NCBI GenBank assembly: GCA_013239625.1
Contig: MU053588.1
Location: 1,451,988 to 1,515,987 of the forward strand
Reading direction: 5' to 3'
From: Lama guanicoe
Taxonomy: Eukaryota
DNA length: 64,000 nt
The position numbers and the translations under genes were made by a program. The notes below the pieces were generated by a model. It saw only the letters and a program-made list of their open reading frames with translations. It did no database searches and was not told the DNA's origin. Positions 36,983 to 50,500 of the stretch are shown here, one piece after another; within the stretch, counting starts at the first letter, position 1; each line of letters starts with the position of its first letter.

Positions 36983-37463
36983 CCCCCTGTGCATTTAAAG
37001 AAATTGAAGTTAGTTGAGTTACAATGTTTGTATTAGTTTCTGGTGTACAAATAGTGATTCAGTTACACACATATATATATATACATATTCTTTTTCATAT
37101 TACTTCTCGTTACAGGTTACTACAAGCCATTGGATATAGTTCCCTGTGCTATACAGTAGGACCTTAATTATCTATTTTTATACATAGTGGTGTGTATCTG
37201 CCAATCCCAGACTCCCAATTTATCCCTCCCCACCCCCTTTACTCCCAGTAACCATAGTTTGTTTTCTATGTCCATGAATCTCTTTCTGTTTTGTGAATAA
37301 CTTCATTTGTGTCATTTTTTTAGATTTCATATATAGGTGACACATATGGCACTTGACATTTTCTCTGACTGAGTTACTTCACTTAATATGATAATCTTTA
37401 GGTCCATCCATGTTGCTACCAGTGACATTACTTCATTCCTTGTTTATGGCTGAGTAGTATTCC

Positions 37464-37512
<49 letters not shown>

Positions 37513-37799
37513 CATCTTCTTTATCCATTCGTCTGTCGATGGACACTTAGGCTGCTTCCATGTCTTGGCTATTGTAAAAAGTGCTGCTATGAACACTGGG
37601 GTGCATGTGTCTTTTCGAATCAGAATTTTCTCCAGATATATGCCCAGGAGTAGGGTTGCTGGATCATATGGTAACTCTATGTTTAGTTTTTTAAGGAAGC
37701 TCCATACTGTTCACCATAGTGGCTGCACCAATTTGCATTCCCACCAAAAGTATAAGAAGGTTCCTTTTTCTCCACATCTTCTCCAGCATTTATTATTAG
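36983..37799 (-). mobile_element. L1 3' end, antisense, unit-3 specific, with TSD
   Basis: TSD agcaata(t/c)attact at 36969-36982 and 37800-37813; empty sites at ~11258 and ~24048. Confidence 0.92.
37466..37511. repeat. (TG)n microsatellite
   Basis: Perfect dinucleotide run inside the L1. Confidence 0.98.
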
Positions 37800-37925
37800 A
37801 GCAATACATTACTTTTTAATGTACTATGTATACGGTGGGGGAATCTTTTTGATAATGAGATTATGAAAATTGATTGTGACCCAACTATGAGTTCAAAAAG
37901 TGGTTTAAAGAAACGTTTAAATAGT

Positions 37926-38060
37926 GGGGGAGGGTATAGCTCAATGGTAGAGTGCATGCCTAGCATGCCTAAGGTCCTGGGTTCAATTCCCTGTACCTCC
38001 ACTAAGTAAATAAATAAATAAACCTAATTACTTCCCCCTCCACACACAAAATTAAGTTTA
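37926..38060 (+). mobile_element. tRNA-derived SINE (vic-1-like)
   Basis: A and B boxes, taaa tail; absent from paralogous sites ~11380 and ~24170. Confidence 0.9.
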
Positions 38061-39749
38061 AAAAACTTCAAGTAGAATAAAAGGGCAGATACTGACAAGT
38101 GAGTGTCCTTTCCTGTTCTTCAATTTCCTCCTCTGAGATGATCTCTCTTAATTCCTGGAATTATTCCCCATGCTGTAATCTGATTAAAAGGAAAAACATA
38201 TAATTGAGTTCCAAAAGAGCTTACTGCCTGGAAGAAAAGGATTAGAGAATAATGGTTTCCAGGAGAGGAGGGTGTACAAAGCAACCCAGGGGCCTTTGGG
38301 GAAAGTTATGGGTGCATTTTGGTGTCACAGTAATGGGATGCTATTGGGAAGCTGTGCTCAGGACAGGGCCACGTGGGGGAGAATGGTCCTGGATTCCTCC
38401 TCCTAGTGAAAGTTCTGTATGTTTCCATGTAGGAGGAAAGCCTGTGAATCTGAGCCTAGAACCCAATTCCAGCTTGCATGTAAATGTAAAGTGTGTTAAT
38501 AAACACTGATGCCAGGAATGCTGCTACTGGGTCAATTGGAAGATTGTTCTTGGCTTTGTTGGCACTTTATTGCTTGTGCTGCAAGTGAGAAAAACCACAG
38601 GATCTCTTCATCACGGTGGTGCCCACTGTGGGTCTTATGAAGCTTTAGGGATCCATAGAGAGGTCCCAACATCTTGGGGCTCTATCAGATGCCCAGGGTA
38701 GATTTGAAAATCCGAACTCTGAATCAGGTCTGCATTTGTAACAAATTCACAAGGGATGTTGATGTCTGCACTTTGTGGACCACACTTTGAGTCACGGAAT
38801 CTTATTGGGATCAAGCCCAAGCATCATTTGCATATTCCAATATGTATTCTTTTAATAGTAAATTTCTCTCCTTCTATTTCACCTTTACACTATTGGGGGC
38901 ATTTTTAGAAATGTCTGTGGAGGTAGGTTTTATTAAGTGTTTTATTTCAAGATGGTAAATGCTACGTGAGAAATTATTAGTTATAATGGGGGGAGGGGGA
39001 GGTTGGCTCTGACAGAATGAAGCAATAGTGATGGCCAGATGAGGGTAGGGACGCAGGGGAATCTCCCCACTGCAGGTGTGGTTGGGAAGTTGGGGGGAAA
39101 CCCTGCATACCTGATTTGCAGAAGTAGAAAATTCCTGAACTTCAGAGCACTGGGAGGCAGGCTGCATGAATATCCCAAGGACATTAGAAGCTCCACCAAC
39201 TTGGCTTCCCTGCCCCTGGTTCTATCCTGTTAGCAAGAGTTGGGTGGCAAACTGGGAGGTATTTTGATTCCACTGAATGAACTGGATTAGAAAATGGCCC
39301 TTTGTATGGAGGGAGGGTCCGAGGGATCCTAGGAAGGAGGAGGTAAGTAGTTAACAAAATCTCCTCTCTCAGAGGGTGGGAGGGATTAGGAAAGAGACCA
39401 CGCCCCTGAAAGTAGTATTGAGTCAGGCCAGCCCTGGGTGTCAGTAATCAAGCTCCTTTCTCAAGGTGATTCAGCCCTAGAATGCCCATCTCTCCTGGAG
39501 GGGGCAGGATTTGGGTTTGGAGACGGCATTTCAGGTAAAACCCTCTCAGCTCCCACCCAACAACCCAGCCTCTGGGTTGGGGGTCAAGAGCAGAAAAGAG
39601 CCATAAATCCCACAAACTTCTTTGCCCTAAAGAAGGAATTCCTCCTACTGAAGCCAGACTTAGAAATAACCAAGGCCTTTAGAAACATTCTGGCAGAGGT
39701 CATTTTCTAGGTTAAACACAACAACAAAATAAGAGGCTTTAAAGATAAA

Positions 39750-40125
39750 AAAGACACAGAAAGACAAATACTGTAAGATATCACTACACCTGGAGCCTAA
39801 AAAAATACAACAAACTAGTGAATATAACAAAAAAGAAACAGACTCACAGATGTAGAGAAGGAACTAGTGGTTACCAGTGGGGAGAGGGAAGGGGGAGGGG
39901 CAAGTTGGAGGTGGAGGATTAAGAGGTACAAACTATCAGGTGTAAAATAAGCTACAAGGATGTGCTGTACAACATGGGGAATAGAGCCAATATTTTATAA
40001 CAACTATAAATGGAGTATAACCTTTAAAATTGTTTACTATATTGTATACCTGTAACATATAATCTTGTACATCAATTATACTTCAATTTAAGAAATATGA
40101 TGTTGTAAAATAAATATATTTTTTT
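39750..40125 (+). mobile_element. L1 3' UTR fragment
   Basis: gactcacagatgtagagaaggaactagtggttaccag...; interrupts sequence paralogous to ~1354-1370. Confidence 0.85.
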
Positions 40126-40239
40126 AAAAAGATCAAACACCAACCTATCTGGAGAGGACACACACCTAGCAGGCTTTGAAAAGAAAGAGCTGGATGGGGC
40201 AAGGAGGTGGAGGGGCCAGGGAGGGCCAGGACGGGAGCA

Positions 40240-40541
40240 TGCTCTCTGACCTCAGACAATACTACAAAGCGACAGTAATCAAAACCATATGGTACTGGCA
40301 TAAAAACAGACACACAGATCAACGGGACAGAATAGAGACTCCAGAAATAAACCCACGCACTTATGGTCAATTAATCTACAACAAAGTAGGCAAGAATATA
40401 CAATGGAGAAAAAACAGTCTCTTCAATAAGCAGTGCTGGGAAAACTGGACAGCTACCTGTGAAAGACTGAAATTAGAACACTTTCTAGCACCTTTACAAA
40501 AATAAACTCAAAATGGATTAAAGACCTAAATGTAAGATCAG
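40240..40541 (+). mobile_element. Internal L1 ORF2 fragment
   Basis: [37 protein letters not shown]. Confidence 0.92.
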
Positions 40542-41555
40542 GTAGAAAGCCTAGGAACAAAGTTGCAGTTTCCAGTGGGTCAGCCAGAGGCCTCACTGAG
40601 AAGTTGATATTTTAGCTGAAGTCTGAAGGGGATAAGGGATTAAGTCATATCAATGTCTCGGGGAGGAAGATTCCTGGGAGGGGGTACAGCAAGTGCAAAG
40701 GCCCTGCGGCAGGAGAAAAGAGCAAGAAGAAAGCCTGTGCGGCTGGAGCACAGGGAGCAAAGGGTAAAGTGGTAGAAAATGCACTCCGAGAGGTGATAGG
40801 GGCAGCCTGTGGGAGCCTTACCCTTTGCCCTTAGTGAGTCCTGACATAAGGACTTTGCCCTTTGCCCTGTGGAAAGAGGGAGCCAAGAGAGGGCTCAAAG
40901 CAGGGGAGGGATGTCACCTGACTCAGGTGCTCACAGGCGCCCTCTGCTGCTTGTGGGAAGACCTGAGGGAAGGCAGAGGAAGGGAGCAGAGGAAGAAGAT
41001 TCCTGGACGATACAGGTGTCAGGGAGGAGGGGCCTGGATCAGGGCAGGACCATTGGAGAAGGGACAGGTGGGCAGGTTCTGGATAGATCAGTAAGTGGAG
41101 CTGACAGGATGTGTGGGCTCTCAGAAAAACTACTTTTTTCTGTGGAGTCCCTGTCTATAGAGTTGATTTGATTGAAAAATATGTTACAAAATTCATAGAC
41201 CCAAGTGAGCTATAATATGAAGATTTAGAATGATGGGTAGAGAAAGGGTACTTAGGTATTTCCTTATCTTTCAGTCCCTGCCGGTGAGATTCTTTGAGTA
41301 CTGTCTTTTCATGACCTTTATCGCCAGATATGTCATTTCTGGCTAATTTAATAGCCCTCATCAAGCAGCAAAGGCAGGGATGCTGTTATTCCTCACGGTT
41401 CTTCCTCTGCTGATCCCGAAGTCCATTCATTTAGCTCTGCTAATGTCATCACCATGTCTCTGCCTCATCCATTGTGCCCCTGTGACCTCTGGCTTCCAGT
41501 GACTCTCTCAAAGGGTGGGGCGGACTTCACTGATGACGATCACAAATGCAATTTT

Positions 41556-41592
41556 TGTTTGTTTGTTTGTTTGTTTGTTTGTTTGTTTGTTT
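41556..41592. repeat. (GTTT)n microsatellite
   Basis: Direct reading. Confidence 0.97.
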
Positions 41593-42289
41593 AACAAATG
41601 CAACTCTTAACCAGAGAATGCAGGAAAGTGTGAGCAGGAATTTTTCTGGTCGCGTTAAGGGTCATGTTTGGGATTTTGCAGTGTCAGGGCAGAACACATC
41701 TTCAGACCAGGTCTTTCTTATGCTCTTTAGGTCGGAATCCCTGCACTCTTTTCATCCTTTCGAGATCTTTCAACCTTGATCGTGCCCTTGCTTCTATAAA
41801 CCATCCCCAGTGAGGACAAATGCAGCAAAAAGTGGTCCCATGTCTGCCCCACGCTGCTTAAGACTGGCCTGGGGGAGCATCTTTTCACCTATCACCTGGA
41901 AAGGCACCTGGTGTCTTGACAGTCCTGGGAGGGCAGAGCTCTTCCTATTCACTGATTATAGAGAAGGCATTGGCCAGTCCCTTAAAAGCCTAATTTCCTG
42001 CAGCAGGAGTTACAGGTCATGGATAATAGTTTCAGTGTTAGAAATAACACGATCTTCAGAGACAGCTGAGAAAGAAGTAAATGCTCCTCTCTGAAGATTC
42101 ATAACCTTATTGTAAATCCACGTTTACTGAGAGATTGGCCTCATTCTTGAAAATACAAGAAAGTACAATTCTTAGATTTGGGGCCAATTAAGTCAGAAGA
42201 ATCAGAATATACCCTGAGTGTTTATAATTTCTATTTTGATCAGGAAACATATGGTGGATTCTGATGATGCTTTATTTAGATTTGTAAAG

Positions 42290-42780
42290 GAAAAACCCAG
42301 ATGTTTCTTTCCTATGTAGGGAAAACCCCAGTTCTTCCTGCTGAGTTTCTCCCCATGTGTCTCCTTTACTTCTCACACAGAACACTTCACTTGTGACACT
42401 CTGGTCCCCAACTGTGTGGAGGTCCCCCCACCCCCCCATAAACGATTCTCTGTGACACCAGCAGGAAGTCCAAAAGTCTTACAATTTAACTCAGTTCTGA
42501 CACTATCTACCATAAGATAGTTCAGATCCCACAGTTTAAGGGCTCAGTCCCACAAGACTGCCCCCTCCCCATCAGATGCCAGTCTCAGGCCCTGGTTATC
42601 GCCTGCGCTTCTGACCAACTGGCTATGGGTCTACAGATGAGACGTTCCAAAGACCCCTTCCTGGAGTTCAATTAATTTGAAAGGGTGGCTCACAGAACTC
42701 AGGGAAACACCTTTATCAGTTTATTAAAGGATATGACAAAAGATACAGACAAACAGCCAGATGAAGAGATACACAGGGTG
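42290..42780. mobile_element. LTR-like element; related copy at ~44130-44830
   Basis: Both share tgtagggaaaa.cccagttcttcc and acaatttaactca.ttctgac.ct.tctacc..agatag..cagatcccaca. Confidence 0.55.
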
Positions 42781-45700
42781 GGGCCCCCTCCCTGGATAAG
42801 GATGCTCCTGATGGGGCGGGAGAGAAACAGAGAAGTCCTGGGGGACTCCAAGGTTTCTGGCCCAAGATGAGATTTCGCTGCTTTTTACTGAGACAGGATG
42901 TATGGGGAAGAAGCTGGTGGGGAAGGGGTCAGAAAATCAAGACTCAATAGAAGGGAAACCGAGGCTCAGAAAGTCAAGTTCAAAGGCATAGAATAAGAAT
43001 GTGAACCTGTTTTGTCTCGTTGCCTCCAGGCAACACCACCTACCCTGGCCCCAGGGGAGGTACCATTTTCAAGCATTTGATACACCAGGCCTGGTGCTGT
43101 ACTTTTCATAAATGATCTCATTTACTCTTCCCGACAATGGACACTCTGATCCTTTTTTAGGGGGAACAAGGGGAGACTCAGAGAGATCTTGCTCAAGGTC
43201 TCAGACTGAGGGGGTGGCAGGCATCAGTCACGTGTGTGCTCCCAAAACCATTTCTCCTCTTCCATCCTGGCTCAGGCTTTCCTGAGGCTTGCTCCTCCCA
43301 GAATCAGGGAGCAGAGGGATCCCATCTTTGCCACCCAGTGACCTAGGACTAATTTCTGCTGTATTATTTGCATTACTCAGACCCAGCTGGCCCCAGCCGC
43401 ATGCTGTCCAGGTGCCGCCAGCCCTGCAGGGGCCCCTTGCAGAGGCCTGGGGGAGAGGCACTGAAAGGCAGGTGCCACTTGGCTGGGCCACCCATAAACT
43501 TCCACTGTGACCCATCCACCCCTACAGGAGGCATGGTCCCCATGGTGCCGGCCATTCACCATGGACTGTGCCTCAGGCCTGCCAGGCGCCCAGGCCAAGT
43601 GTCCCATTCTTTATTCTTCCTCACCCGCATCCAGCCTCTCAGCAAACCTTGCCAGCTCCAACTTCATAAAATCTATCCAGAACTCGCTTCTTTCTGTCCC
43701 CACCACGGCTGCCTCCCTGGTCCTGTCCACTTTCGTCTCCTGTCTGGACTACAGTCTCCCTGTCCACTCACAGTGCCACCCGCCTCAGAGTAAAGGTCAA
43801 AGGCCTCACTGCGGCCCATGATCTATCAGATCACGTCTCTGACCCCATGGCCTCTCCCACTTGTCCCCTTGCTCAGCCCATTCCAGCCACTCAGGCCTCC
43901 TTGCTATTCTGTGACCCCTGAGGCTCCACCTCAGGGCCTTTGCACTGGCTGTTCCCTCCTGGTGGAACACCCTTCCCTAGATGTCCCCATGGCTCCCTCC
44001 CATCCCTCCTTTAGCTCTTTGCTCAAATGTCACCTTCTTGTCCACACCTCCCCTGATCACCATGTGTAATATTACTACTCTGACCTTTCCATGCCCCATA
44101 CCCTGTTCTGTTTTTCTGGGAAACCTTCCTGAAAAGGAAAAACTCATTTTTCCACCTTCCTGTGTAGGGAAAAACCCAGTTCTTCCCCATCGTGTGGGTC
44201 TTTATCCTGTGAGTCTCCTTTATGATCTACACACTTTTCTTCTAGGCATTGAACATGTGGAGGGTTTTCCCCATGCCACGCGATTCTCTGAGACATTAGC
44301 TAGGTGCCCTACAATTTAACTCAATTCTGACGCTGTCTACCCAGAGATAGTGTCAGATCCCACAAGTTCAGTGCTCAGTCCCACCAGACTGCCCCCCTCC
44401 CCACGTACACTGACCCTTGAGACATCAGCTGCAAACCAAGTTATCACCTGTGCTTCTGACCACCTGGTTATAGAGTGGAGGTTCCAAAGACACCCTCCTT
44501 GGGTTCAATTAAGTTGCCAGAGCAGCTCACAGAACTCAGGGAAACTCCTACTAATGTTCACCAGTTTATTAAATGATACAATAAAGGATACAGATAAATA
44601 TCCAGGTGGAAGAGATGCACAGGACAAGGTATGTGGGAAGGGGAGGGCGGAGCTTCCATGCCCTCTCCAGCCACATCCCACTCCCAGCATCTCCACCTGT
44701 TCCCCAACTCGGAAGCTCTCCGAACACCACACTATTGGAGTTTTATGGCAGCTTCCTCAAGTAGGCATGATCAATTGTTAACTCCATTTCCAGCCCCTCT
44801 CTCCTTGCTGGAGGACTGGGAGTGAGGATGTCCCATCTCCCCGCCACCACTGACACAATAGCAAACACTTGTGTCTCCAACCCTAGTACAACCCTGACCT
44901 TGTTACCTCCACCCAGACTCCCAGCCTATCATCCCTGTCTTCTCCTCTCTACATCTCTGGGCCAGTTTCCCACCCTGGACAAAACAGTCTCTCTGGAAAT
45001 TGTCACTTATTTCCTCCCAAAACAGCATTTCCCAAAGAGTAAAACATACTGGAGATTTTAGGTGGACACAAAATGAACCTTTATCATATAAACAGCTCCA
45101 TATTGTCTTTGAAAATATATTAAGTGGTATTGGTTTTCCCTTTGTAGTAGTGATATAAAGATATCTTTTAAATTAAATTAAATCTAAAAAAGATTAATGA
45201 AAAACTGTTAAGCAAATAGTAGTTCAAGTAGTCCTCAAACATGACTAAAAATCTCAGATTGTACACGAGCCACCGAGGTTGGGGGAACTTGGTCTTAGAG
45301 GAACCCAGGTGATGGTTTCGCCCCAGGTGATGGCCCCCAGTTTGTGTGGCTTGGCCTTGAGAATCTCCCTTCTATCTTGGATCTTCTCTTCATATGCATG
45401 AGTGTCCAGCACCTAGCTGGCCAAGGGGAAAGTTGATGGTTATCACCAAGCAGCCTATATCTCTCTGTTAGAAGCCTTCAAAGAGATTACATTGACAATG
45501 ATTCAAAGCAAGCAGAGAACTTTAGGAAACCTCTGCTGAGGTAGCACAGACCATGCCCACACTCCTATTTCTTAATGTTCCTGGATGAGCAGGGGCAGGG
45601 CTGTGCTCTGTTGGGTTATGCTGTGGAAGGGGAGAAACCTGGGTTCAAAACCAGGTTTCACCACGTACAAGCCATGTGATGGAGACAAGCTACCTAATTT

Positions 45701-45914
45701 CTCTGACCTCAGTTTCCTTATCCGTAAAAGGACTAATAAGGAAATCTACTTCTTGTACTGTGAGAACAAAATGAGATAAGGAGTGTAAAATACTTCGAGT
45801 GCTTGAAGCCAATAAGTCAGATAAATTAGATGACCTCAAGAAATAATCAGACAAATCCAGAATGTGGGACATTGTAAAGCACAACCATCCAGGACTTCCT
45901 CAAAAAGTCAGTAT

Positions 45915-46186
45915 CTACGTCCGTGAGTTTCTTCCTATTTTGTAAATAAGTTCATTTGTGCCATTTTTTAAGATTCCACATGTAAGTGATATCATATGAT
46001 TTTTAAAAGACTCACAGACATAAGAAACAAATTTATGGTTATCAAAGGGGAAAGCTGGGGAGGGAAAAATTAGGAGTTTAGGATTAGCAGATAAAACTAC
46101 TATATGTAAAACAGATAAACAACAAAGTCCTACTATAAAGCACAGAGAATTATATTCAATAACTTGTAATCACCTATAATGAAAAA

Positions 46187-46236
<50 letters not shown>

Positions 46237-46304
46237 GAATCACTATGCTGTACACCAGAAATTCACACAACATTGTAAATTAACTATGCTTCAGTAAAAA
46301 AAAA
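45915..46304 (+). mobile_element. 5'-inverted truncated L1 with TSD, containing (TA)n at ~46190-46232
   Basis: Antisense 3' UTR piece at 45915-46000 joined to a sense piece; TSD aaaaagtca(g/a)tat. Confidence 0.8.
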
Positions 46305-46662
46305 AAAGTCAATATTATAGAAAATGAAAGGATGTATGTGTGGGAAACTAAAAGGGACTGAAGTTGTATAACAAACAAATGTCATGTGTGAGTCTCAACT
46401 GACCCTAGATTTGAAAAAAAATGAGAACGGAAGGGGAGGAGGAAGGGAGGGAAATAAGGAAGGAAAAACGCTATAAAAGACTTTCTTGAGGCCATTAGGG
46501 AAATCTGAGATGGACCAAATAGAAAATATTACGGATTTAGATGGGATAATGGTAGTGAGGTTGAGTAGGAGAAGGACCTGATTTTTAGGAGACGTGTGCT
46601 TAAGTATTTAAGGTTGTTAAAAAAAAATTCAACTGAGTGAATTTCAAGATCAAGTTGGCTTT

Positions 46663-47072
46663 TTCTGGAAAAGGCACAGCTACAGAAACAATAAAAAGTT
46701 GGTGGTTTCCAGGAGTTTGGGGAGAGGGAGGGAGGGAGGGATGAAGAGATGGAGTAGAAGGGATTTTTAGGGTGATGGAATTATTCTGTGTGATACTATA
46801 GTGGTGGCTACATGTCATTATGCATTTGTCAAAGCACATAGAATGTACAACATCAAGCGTGAACCCTAATGTAAACTACGGACTTTGGTTGATAATAATG
46901 TGTCCATGTTGGTTCATCAATTGTACCAAATATGCCACACTGGTGAGGGATGTTGATGGTAGGTGAGTATATATGTGTGGGTGGGGAGGGCTATGTGGGA
47001 ACTCTGTATTTTCTGTTCAATTCTGCTGTAAACCTGAAATTGCTCTTTTAAAAAAAATTCTATTAAAAAAAT
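46663..47072 (+). mobile_element. L1 3' end inserted in an older LTR
   Basis: 14-nt TSD atcaagttggcttt at 46649-46662 and 47073-47086. Confidence 0.8.
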
Positions 47073-47135
47073 ATCAAGTTGGCTTTACTCATTGATATGT
47101 GAACTGGGTAGCAGCCCATCTGGCAAATAGAAAGG

Positions 47136-47556
47136 TGTCGGTGTCGCGATACCATGTACACATACACACCATATGCGGAGAGAGCTGATGGCTACTCTGA
47201 AGCTTTATTAAGCTGCGCAGTCTTATATAGCAAAGAAGAACGTCAAGGGAAATGGTTAACAGGCAGTGTCTGGCTCAAGGTCAGAAGACCCTTTACGTTT
47301 TGGTAAATCATGTTCGTGTTGGCACCAGCGAGCCTTACAGCTTATCAGGGCGGAACGTATGAGAAACGGCTGCTTCACAACATTCACATTTTTCTTGGAC
47401 TCAGGCGGCTGTGCCTGTCTTAGGTTGCGCCCCCCTGGGGATCTTCCCCATCCTTGGCTACCCAGCCTTCTCACCTCTGAGTCTGCAGCTTTTTATAACT
47501 TGTTTACCATTTTGGCCCAAGGCTCGTTCCTTTGTTCCCACAGTCAGGGGCCTACA
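47136..47556 (-). mobile_element. Young solo LTR, 421 nt
   Basis: TGT...ACA ends, exact TSD aaagg, minus-strand TATATAA (~47223-47229) and AATAAA (47204-47209), CpGs retained. Confidence 0.85.
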
Positions 47557-50500
47557 AAAGGAGCTCCAAAGACCTGAACAAAATGGTAGGCTTTTATAGG
47601 CAGAAGAGGGTGGGGACAAGGAAAGAGCAAATTACTTCACCTTTTTGGGGGGGATGGAAAGTGGGGATGGAAGGCTATCAGGTGGATTACCTCTCTAGTG
47701 CTGACCGGGAAGTTCCAGACTGACCAGTGAGGACTGCATTTCTGGGGGAGGTAAAAACTTCAATTAGGTTAGGTATGAAATCTTGGTTTGCTGATGTGGG
47801 GCTTTGCAAGAGTGACTCCATTTGGGGCCGGCTGCTTCTTTTATCAGTAGGATGAACAGTCATCATGTCTGCAACTCACTCTCAAATGGTTGAGAATAAA
47901 AAAAAATCAGGACAAAGCAAACACGGCAAATTATTGATAATGATTAAATCTAGAGAGAGGTAATAGGCGGTGTTTGTTATACTCTCTCCATTTTTCTGTA
48001 TGTTTGAAACTTTTTAGTAAAAAAGGCCAAGAAAATATACATTACCATAAGCAATTCTACTGATCAAAGGCAGGGCTAGAAAACTTCGGAGGAATTCAGA
48101 AGAGATGGGGTCCACTTGATGCTCAAAGTTATGATAGATGGTAGACCTGCTCCCCCTTGTGCTAATGGACACACAGCCCACCCCACAGCCAAGCCCTTTG
48201 TTCCCATCTTAGAGAGCCCCAATTTTGTTCAGGTACCAGGCAACCATATTCTCAGGGAATCGGTTCCCTCTGAGGTGGAGAGGTCCAGGTCTGTGGGAAG
48301 AATGATGTTGAAACTTTGGGGAGTTTATTCTGCTTGATAACAACCATGAGGTGCTTATACTCCCTCGGGTTAGGGAAGGCTGTGATTCGGGGGGGCCATG
48401 AAGAGGGAGACGTTGGGATAAGGCAGCGTTTTATATCTTGACTTGGTTGGTGGTTGCTTGGGTGTTTGCATTGTAATAATTCATTTATGTTGTTTATGTA
48501 TTTTGGGTATGCATGTTATAGTGTGCGTGTGTAAATGTTTCTTTCCATCTTGCAGCGCAGGTTGAAGACAGCCATGCAGGAGGCACGAGAGGCTATCATA
48601 AGATAATGAGACGTCTGGTCCTGAGATGGATGTCAACGTACTGGAGGAGAAATATGGACAGAGATGCCTCCTGCTGCCATTGCTGAAACCGCACTAACCC
48701 AGGTGTGGCCCTGTCTCAACCTCTATGGTTATCAGGGAGAATAAATGTCCTTATCTTCAAAGCCCCTTGGAATCGGATTTTCCCCCTTTACTATATCCCA
48801 AAGAATCTTGGGTATGGTGTTAGGGGTCTCCCCAACAACCCTTGCGTTTAGTGATTCCCTGGAAGGACTCACAAGACTCAGAAATTGTAATACTCATAGT
48901 ATTTTTCCGTCCACTTTTACTTACTTATTTTTATTGAAATATAGTTGACACACAGTATTGTGTTAGTTTCAGGCATATTCCACCGTGATTTGACATTTGC
49001 ATACATTATGAAATGATCATCATGGTAAGTTCAGTATTCATCTGTCCTCATACGAAGTTCTTACAACACTATTGACCATATTCCTTATGCCGTGTCGAGT
49101 TGTCGTTCATTATAGTGACAGGATGTGAAGCCAGGTATGCAAAGGGAAAGGTGCATGGGAAGGAATCCAGAGGAAACCATGTGCCAGCTTCCAAGAATCT
49201 TCTCCCAGTGGAGTCACACAGGATGCATGGCATTCCTGCAGCAGTGATGTGTGACAACTCATGTGCAGTGTTGTCTACCTGGGATACTCATTTGAGTCTA
49301 GGAGTCCAGAGTTTTTACTGGGGACCGGTCATGTAGACACACATGCTCAGTTGTGGCCATAGTCACTGAAGCTCCAGACCCCCTCGAAGGGAAGCAGGTG
49401 TTGAACCACAAATCATGCTGTTTGGACAAACCAGACAAACTGCTACAGTGTAGTTCAAGATCCTAACTGTGCAAAACACGCCTAACAGAACCTTCAAAGA
49501 ATTCATTTTCCAGGTGTTGGCCAAGTGCCGGTTACAGCAATTTGGGTCCTTCTTGGGAATGTGTAGGGTTTGGGCAATTCAGACCTGCTGCATTAACTCT
49601 TTTCTGAACAGTATGATCATCATCCTTATTCTTCCCTTTGAGAAAATGGAGGTCAGGAGGAGCAAAGACATGTTCCCAAAGCCACTGAGCTAATAAAGTG
49701 TGGAGCTCTTAAGTCCTTGGTATGACTGCTTCAGATATCCCCTTTCAAGTTGGCCACACCTCTGGGGCCAATTTTCTGGGCCAGAGAAAATATGGATTTG
49801 GCTCATAGGCCTGCATCTTCTGAAGATTCCACTTCTGGAAATGTCTGTGAAGGAATAAAAGGAGAGAATCTCCCCAATGGGAAAGGAAAGGGTCTAGGAA
49901 GAAAACTGCAAATGGATAGAAATGTCAACAAATTTCCCAAAGATGGAACTTATTTGGGAAGCTGTTGACCTTGGGACAGTGAGAAGTTCCTGGTCCTGAA
50001 CCTGCAGGAAGGGCCTACAGGAGGCACAAGGCGGGGCCAGGTGATGAGTGGGAAGAAGAGATGACAACAGGGGCTTCTGCTGTGTTAGTTGGCTGCTTAC
50101 AACCTCTTCCTTCCTGCTCCACTTCCAACCACAAAGCCTGGGTAACCCAACATTTAAACCCATGACCCACCAAAAGATAAGAGGGAGGATGGACTATTTT
50201 CTAAAACAATGCTTTCAGAACTGCAGTAGAGACTCATTCCTGGAGTGGCTACTGCTCCCCTGGGGGTGTTTGGGAAACTGGAGGAGGGTTTTAGTTACAG
50301 GAGTTAGGGGGTACACCAGCGCTTCCCGGGAGGGGACCAGGATGCTAAATGCCCCCAATGGGCAGTCCCTCCCCACATCCCATGAAACATTCATGGAAGT
50401 AAAGAACCTGTTATCATTACACAAGTCCAGCTCTGAGCTCCATTTTACTCATAAACAAAAATAAAAATTTCCCAGGAATGCAACTATCGCATAAAACAAG

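Larger units (their letters stand above)
30281..43395. repeat. Tandem duplication unit 3
   Basis: Begins agaaagtcacaatgtggtgtc, matching 6027; collinear with units 1 and 2 but with extra TE insertions. Confidence 0.85.
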
